The notes under the pieces: generated by a model
What the model was told of the DNA's origin: nothing
The model's input: the letters and a program-made list of their open reading frames with translations, nothing else
The model's database searches: none
Part shown: positions 35,458 to 40,288 of the stretch, in pieces
Position numbering within the stretch: position 1 is the first letter of the stretch
Layout of the letters: every line of letters begins with the position of its first letter
Assembly: GCA_965228855.1 (NCBI GenBank)
Contig: CBDDIJ010000006.1
Span: forward strand, 1-40,288
Origin: Candidatus Obscuribacterales bacterium
GTDB taxonomy: Bacteria; Cyanobacteriota; Vampirovibrionia; Obscuribacterales; Obscuribacteraceae
Direction: 5' to 3'
DNA: 40,288 nucleotides
Translations under genes and position numbers: made by a program

Positions 35458-36810
35458 CTATGGCCGGGGTGCGTCCCCCGGGCGCGCCTCTCGGCATCCA
35501 TCCGGCCGACGGGCCCCGGAGTTCTCGCGAACAGATGATGCGTCGGTTCTGACTTCCATGCCGGCCACCGAACACCCGGCAACCGGAGAACCCGCAACGC
35601 CTTCGCATCGCGGCAAACCGAAACGAGCAATCGCATTCCTGATAGCGAGCCCCATACCCTGATCGGTATAGTAGTCGCCATTTATCAGGCTTTCACGCCT
35701 CAAATAGCGCAAAAAAGCGGAAAAATGCGCAGGGTCGGGCCGCGTGGGAGACTGCCAGAAAGCTCTCAGTTCCCCCTTAAAAGTAAGGCCAGGCAGGTCA
35801 AAGATGGCCTTGCCGAGGCAAATGAGGGGACATCCGGCTTCGAGTGCGGTCAATCCCACCGTGCTGTTGAGGATAACCGCGCCCTGGGCATGGCGAAGCA
35901 GGAGATTGAGGTCACCGCCATCGATAAAATCGACACGAACCAAAACGCCGTGCCGCTGGGCTATGGCCTGCGTCCGGCGCCTGAAATTGACCCACCCATT
36001 GTCGAGAGGGTGCGCCTTCACGACAAGCCGGTCATTCTTCTGCGCGTACGCGGCAAAACTGCCTATTACCTCTTCGAGCGCTTCCGTCATCCCTGCAAAA
36101 GGGGAATGTACTTTCACCTGCGAATCTGTGTCGAGTTGCATGGGAAAGACGAAATAGCGCTGCCCTTGCGATACGAGCTGACTCACCGTTTTCCGGGCCT
36201 GCCGTTTGCGAAACGGCAAAACGGCAAGCCGCTTGAGCCAAGTCGCATATTCCGCCCAGATCGGAAATGGCCGGTGCGTGCGGAACCGTGGATAACGAAG
36301 CAAAAGCAGATAGTTCCAAATCTGCCACTGGAAGTCGTAGATCACCCGCCGCTTCATTCCTGAAGGCAGGCTTACGAAATCCGATTCCTCTCCGGCATTG
36401 TCGTTGGCACTTTCAAGGTGCACGGCCATGCTGTTCATAAGTGGCGAATGACCGTTGATGCCGCCCTCTTCGAGGGTAAGCCAATGCGGCCGCATGTAAC
36501 CTTCCTCAAACACCCAGATCCGGCATCCAAGATCGCGAACCGCATCAATTGCACTACGGTGCCCCGGACGGCAATCATTGTGGAGAACGATATCGGTGAT
36601 GCTGTTTGCAACAACATGGTCGCGAACAAAATCCCCCAGCCGGGCAGGTGCCCCTTTGAAATCGACAGCGTTCCAGTTTCCCCAGAAGTACCAGTCGCCG
36701 CCGGACATATTGATGCGCGAGACCCCGTAGCCGCTTTCGGCCAAGGCTCCCCCGAGCGCCCGAAAGAAATGGCTGCTATTGCCCTGAAGAAAAAGGAATT
36801 TCCTGCTCAT
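35458..36810 (-). CDS. kpsS: Capsule glycolipid Kdo transferase KpsS (RkpJ/WcbO/LipB-like)
   Basis: FLFLQG..FF, RINMSGGD, DCRP.H, VFEEGYMRPHWLTLEEGGING.S, FPMQLDTDSQ, VKAHPLD and NSTVGL. Confidence 0.92.
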   Translation of the reverse strand: MSRKFLFLQGNSSHFFRALGGALAESGYGVSRINMSGGDWYFWGNWNAVDFKGAPARLGDFVRDHVVANSITDIVLHNDCRPGHRSAIDAVRDLGCRIWVFEEGYMRPHWLTLEEGGINGHSPLMNSMAVHLESANDNAGEESDFVSLPSGMKRRVIYDFQWQIWNYLLLLRYPRFRTHRPFPIWAEYATWLKRLAVLPFRKRQARKTVSQLVSQGQRYFVFPMQLDTDSQVKVHSPFAGMTEALEEVIGSFAAYAQKNDRLVVKAHPLDNGWVNFRRRTQAIAQRHGVLVRVDFIDGGDLNLLLRHAQGAVILNSTVGLTALEAGCPLICLGKAIFDLPGLTFKGELRAFWQSPTRPDPAHFSAFLRYLRRESLINGDYYTDQGMGLAIRNAIARFGLPRCEGVAGSPVAGCSVAGMEVRTDASSVRENSGARRPDGCREARPGDAPRP

Positions 36811-38414
36811 GGAGCATCCTTAATCTGACCGATGCCCGCCGCTCGCGGCGCATTCACGGTCTCGTCGTCCGGCCTGGTCTGGGCGGCTGAAAAAGTCTCC
36901 AGAAGCAGACGGTTCAGGGCATCTGCACTTGCGTTTACGCTGCGCCCATCCACCGGTCCGCCACTCAGCCAAACGAAATAGTCGGTCCTGGGATCGTCAA
37001 ACCCGATTGACGTAAACAATTTAGGCATGCTCGGAAGGTGGTCGCCATAGAAGCAGAAGATGGATTTCCGCCTGGAGGAAAGCAGCATATTCCGTATTCG
37101 GCCTATCATCCGATCGGCATTCTGCAGATGTGCCAGATACTGCGCGAAGGCGTTGGATTTGACGGGCGGCGCCGACCTCAACTCCGGCGGGACTTCAATC
37201 CGAGGCTTTTTCCAGGGACCGTGGTTTTCCATCGTGATGGCAAAAACGAAAATCGGCGCCGTTTCGTCTTTCACAAGAGCTTCAATCTTGTCGGCCACGG
37301 CATTGTCCGACACGTAAGGCCCAACCCGATCACCCTCGTTGAAGTCGTCGATATCTATGAACTCGTCGAATCCCAGGTGAGGATAAACCTTGTCGCGCCG
37401 GAAAAACGATTTGTGAAAAGGATGAATACAGATCGTGCGGTAACCAATGCTGCGGAGATAGGTTGCCACTGTCCATACCGGCTTGTCGCAATATTTCAGA
37501 TATGGATTAAAACGATCGACGCCGAGCGCCTCGTCGGGAATACCCGACAGGAAAGCAAACTCGGTGCGGAGGGTGTTCGCGCCCCAGGCAGGGACCCGCA
37601 GACGGCCGAGATATCTCGCCTCATGGCACATCGTGCTGAAGTTCTGCATAAATCCCTGAGGCACGTTTTTCAAAATCCGCCGGGCATCGAAAAACGATTC
37701 ACTCTGGACGACAACGACGTTCGGCAGACCGGGGCGCTGTCCAACGGGACGGGCCCGGTCCTCTTCCTCGTTTTCGCGCGACTTGGCGACAGCAATTTCC
37801 TGCTCCCCGGCCAGGAGGAAATAGAAAATCAGCGTGGTGACAAGGCTCAGCTTGTCGACGTCTTCCCGGACATCGGTCGAAGCGCCGAATTGCTTAAGAA
37901 TGTCGCGGAATTCGTTTCGCAGCGGCCCCCGTGTGATCGCGTAAATCAGCCCGATAACGACGGAAAAATAGGCGAGCGTGGAAAACCATTCCGCGGGCGT
38001 GTCGCGGTCGATTACCGGGGGCTCATATATCAGCGAGCCGAATATTACGGCGGCCCCTGCCAGAATTACCGCAGCGACCTTGAATGGGCCGATATAGGTG
38101 ACGTAAAGCGCCGGATGAGCGATCGCCTGCCTCAGCAATGCGAAATCAGAATAGACCAACGGTTCGCGAAGCTCGCGAAACTTGGCGTTATTGACGATGA
38201 CGATGCCGAGGAAAAAGATAATGCCAAACACGGTGGCGAAAACCGGCCGATAGGTGGCCATGAATACCGAGAGATAAAACACGATCATCGGCATAGCCGA
38301 GAGCATGCTCACTCGATGAAAGACCGGCCTTCTCGAGCGTTGCGGCTGAATGAAACGCTCAAGCACCAACACGATCGCGAAAGCGATCAGAAAACCGGCA
38401 AGACCGGCAATCAT
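36807..38414 (-). CDS. LTA synthase / phosphoglycerol transferase family membrane protein (alkaline phosphatase-sulfatase fold), WcbQ/RkpI-like
   Basis: N-terminal TM helices with NNAK..LREPLVYSDF; catalytic domain VVQSESF, WGANTLRTEF (Thr nucleophile position), TMENHGPW and YGDHLP. ATGA overlaps on both sides. Confidence 0.88.
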   Translation of the reverse strand: MIAGLAGFLIAFAIVLVLERFIQPQRSRRPVFHRVSMLSAMPMIVFYLSVFMATYRPVFATVFGIIFFLGIVIVNNAKFRELREPLVYSDFALLRQAIAHPALYVTYIGPFKVAAVILAGAAVIFGSLIYEPPVIDRDTPAEWFSTLAYFSVVIGLIYAITRGPLRNEFRDILKQFGASTDVREDVDKLSLVTTLIFYFLLAGEQEIAVAKSRENEEEDRARPVGQRPGLPNVVVVQSESFFDARRILKNVPQGFMQNFSTMCHEARYLGRLRVPAWGANTLRTEFAFLSGIPDEALGVDRFNPYLKYCDKPVWTVATYLRSIGYRTICIHPFHKSFFRRDKVYPHLGFDEFIDIDDFNEGDRVGPYVSDNAVADKIEALVKDETAPIFVFAITMENHGPWKKPRIEVPPELRSAPPVKSNAFAQYLAHLQNADRMIGRIRNMLLSSRRKSIFCFYGDHLPSMPKLFTSIGFDDPRTDYFVWLSGGPVDGRSVNASADALNRLLLETFSAAQTRPDDETVNAPRAAGIGQIKDAP

Positions 38415-39238
38415 TTTTCCCCTCTTCCGGTGCCAGCCGCCGCTGGGCGCCCCTTAGCCCCTCTGCGAGAAATCGTAAAAGCAAAGGCAGGCATGATCAA
38501 GAGCGCCAGGCGCTCCGGCAAGACATTCAGAAGCCTTATTCCCACCGATAAAACAAGGGGATAGGACATGCGTGCGGGGTTCCCGCGAAGGGCCTTCCTT
38601 ATGCGCATTGCGATATCGTCCGGTGTCGTCAAAAACGGCTTTCGCCCGCTCAATTGCTGACTCATCCGGGTTTCTACATAACCGAGACTTATAACGTTGA
38701 CGCGGACACCCCGGGAGCCGAGAAGCCGCCTCAGAGACAGAAGATAGGTCTCAAATCCCGCCTTCGCGGCGCTATAGGCCGGACAGGATGGCATGGGAGT
38801 TAACGCCGCAAGCGAGCCTATTCCGGCGATCTGCCCCTCACCCCTCAATGCCATGACGTTGGCAAGCGGCCCGATACTCCTGAGGGCGCCCATGAAGTTG
38901 GTCTCTGCCACCTGCTCTGCGGTATCCCAGGGTTCGAGCCCATCTGCTTCCGAAACACCGGAGGTGACGCCGGCGCAGACGATCAGGAGGTCTACGGGGT
39001 GCCTCCGGTCGAAACCGAGGATAACGGCTTCCGTTTCCTTCGCGGTGACATCCGCCACAAGCTTTTCCGTGGAAGCGCCCAGAGCACGGCATTCCTCTTC
39101 CACCTGCTTGAGCCGTACTTCGTCGCGTCCAAGCAGACCGAGCGTTATGCCCGGTGCCGCGTAGGCCCTTGCCAGCGCGGCCCCTATGCCATCGCTCGCT
39201 CCGGTAACCAGTACGACTTCGGGATTTTTCCACCCCAT
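38411..39238 (-). CDS. Short-chain dehydrogenase/reductase, WcbP/RkpH-like
   Basis: VTGASDGIG, ADVT, TNF.G, S...YSAAK catalytic motif and GYVET. Confidence 0.9.
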   Translation of the reverse strand: MGWKNPEVVLVTGASDGIGAALARAYAAPGITLGLLGRDEVRLKQVEEECRALGASTEKLVADVTAKETEAVILGFDRRHPVDLLIVCAGVTSGVSEADGLEPWDTAEQVAETNFMGALRSIGPLANVMALRGEGQIAGIGSLAALTPMPSCPAYSAAKAGFETYLLSLRRLLGSRGVRVNVISLGYVETRMSQQLSGRKPFLTTPDDIAMRIRKALRGNPARMSYPLVLSVGIRLLNVLPERLALLIMPAFAFTISRRGAKGRPAAAGTGRGEK

Positions 39239-39239
39239 A

Positions 39240-39824
39240 TCAGGTGAGCAGGGTCTGCAGCAGCAACATGGGTTCCGTATGCCTCAGTGCGTTCGACGGC
39301 GGAATCGGGATGCGTTCTACGCATTCAAAGCCCTTGGCCGTGTAGAGGCTGAGAGCGGTCGTGTTGTCCCCCCAGGCATGGAGGGTGAGGCTTTCGTAAT
39401 TGGCACCGCGTGCAAGTTCTGCGGCGAAATCCAGAAGCAACCCTCCGACGCCTTGTCCGCGGGCACCCTCATTCACGGCGAGCGTATTGATATAGAAGCT
39501 GTTCGGGACATGGGTGGTGAAGAGCGGCAAAACCGGATCGAGACGTTCGGGCGGCAAAACGCTATAGGCGATTTCGGGCAGACCGATTTGCTCAGCCGGG
39601 AAAGCGATCAGACAGCCTCTGATCTCGCCACCATCTTCGACGAGATAGGCATTCTCGAAATGATAGGGGCTGTCTTCATCGCCGACGGCAAGGCCGAGCG
39701 CGTCGATAGCTGTGAGTCCCGGGTATGCATCTTCAAACAGATGTTCAAAGAGACCTTCGCCTGCCATAAGCAGAAACCGGACGAGTTCGTCACGGTCGGT
39801 CGCCATACCAATTCTAACGTCCAT
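39240..39824 (-). CDS. GNAT family N-acetyl/acyltransferase
   Basis: FYINTLAVNEGARGQGVGGLLL (motif A) and DNTTALSLYTAKGF; GAGG SD; its stop lies 1 nt before the SDR start. Confidence 0.88.
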   Translation of the reverse strand: MDVRIGMATDRDELVRFLLMAGEGLFEHLFEDAYPGLTAIDALGLAVGDEDSPYHFENAYLVEDGGEIRGCLIAFPAEQIGLPEIAYSVLPPERLDPVLPLFTTHVPNSFYINTLAVNEGARGQGVGGLLLDFAAELARGANYESLTLHAWGDNTTALSLYTAKGFECVERIPIPPSNALRHTEPMLLLQTLLT

Positions 39825-40287
39825 CGCCCCACCTCAAGAAAGTCAGCGCCGCTCCGCTCTTACGGCACCGTGATGAGCCATTCGGTCGGATCCGCAAATT
39901 CGTTCCAGAATGCCTCGGCCTTCGTATCCTCCGAAGGCTGTCTCGTGCAAGCGGCTTGTCAGCCGGCCCCGCCATTCTCTCTGAATGGTAACCTTCCATT
40001 TCCCGCACAAGCAATTCGAACCAGCCCTCAAATCCGTCTTTCCAGTCGCCCAGATAGATATCACCCCGCCAGGAAGCACTTTCGGGGATATCGAAGGCTG
40101 CAATGTGACAGGTATCGGGCGGCAGCGAAGGCCGCACTCCTTGTTTCAGCCAGATGACAAAATCATCCCGCATGGCTGAGGGTGAAGGATAAGCCTTCGT
40201 CTCCACACAGCGGACGGACATGCCTCTGTGCCTCAGCGCTCTCGCAAGAAGGAGCTGCCGCCCCTCTTCCTCGCCGCCCACGATCGC
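39814..40287 (-). CDS. Hypothetical protein, 3' part (frame open to the window edge)
   Basis: No stop between 39814 and the window end in this frame; co-oriented with the GNAT and overlapping its start by 11 nt. No motif recognised. Confidence 0.35.
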   Translation of the reverse strand, partial: AIVGGEEEGRQLLLARALRHRGMSVRCVETKAYPSPSAMRDDFVIWLKQGVRPSLPPDTCHIAAFDIPESASWRGDIYLGDWKDGFEGWFELLVREMEGYHSERMAGPADKPLARDSLRRIRRPRHSGTNLRIRPNGSSRCRKSGAALTFLRWGDGR

Positions 40288-40288
40288 G

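Noticed and set aside
36807..38414. Calling this protein a sulfatase that counteracts the sulfotransferases
   Set aside because: It lacks the C/SxPxR formylglycine motif; the Thr nucleophile, ES/H/DH metal ligands and TM region indicate the LtaS/phosphoglycerol transferase family.
37038..38564. 508-aa plus-strand ORF
   Set aside because: It is antisense to the well-supported LTA-synthase-family and SDR genes and has no motifs.
39186..40157. 323-aa plus-strand ORF
   Set aside because: It overlaps the GNAT on the opposite strand; the GNAT has clear motifs, an SD and operon coupling.

Overview
This window is almost entirely one capsular polysaccharide (CPS) locus of the ABC-transporter-dependent kps type, related to Sinorhizobium rkp and Burkholderia wcb; gene content suggests an alphaproteobacterium (inference). 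Its left boundary is the 3' part of an L-fuconate dehydratase-like enolase gene. There are three blocks. (1) 733-15597, minus strand: a variable polymer synthesis and decoration block with glycosyltransferases (GTs), two SAM methyltransferases, two sulfotransferase-like genes and a ~2600-aa protein. That protein fuses a sulfotransferase, a coiled coil, 38-aa repeats, GT2, GT4, a tandem-duplicated GT-A-like module, an uncharacterised domain and a C-terminal alginate-lyase-family domain. (2) 15885-28386, plus strand: rmlCBDA, a single-module reducing type I PKS (WcbR/RkpA-like) and a translationally coupled PLP alpha-oxoamine synthase (WcbT/RkpG-like). (3) 28401-40288, minus strand: GNAT, SDR, LTA-synthase-family protein, KpsS, a TPR-fused KpsM, KpsT, KpsE, KpsD, a GT and a small lipoprotein. 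The best leads are the sulfotransferase-multi-GT-lyase megaenzyme, a possible polyketide-derived sphingoid-like lipid anchor pathway (PKS, oxoamine synthase, SDR, GNAT, phosphotransferase, KpsS, with no kpsC in the window), and the TPR-KpsM fusion. All calls come from motif recognition by eye; no database searches were run, and internal domain boundaries are approximate. I saw no RNA genes, CRISPR arrays or mobile elements.
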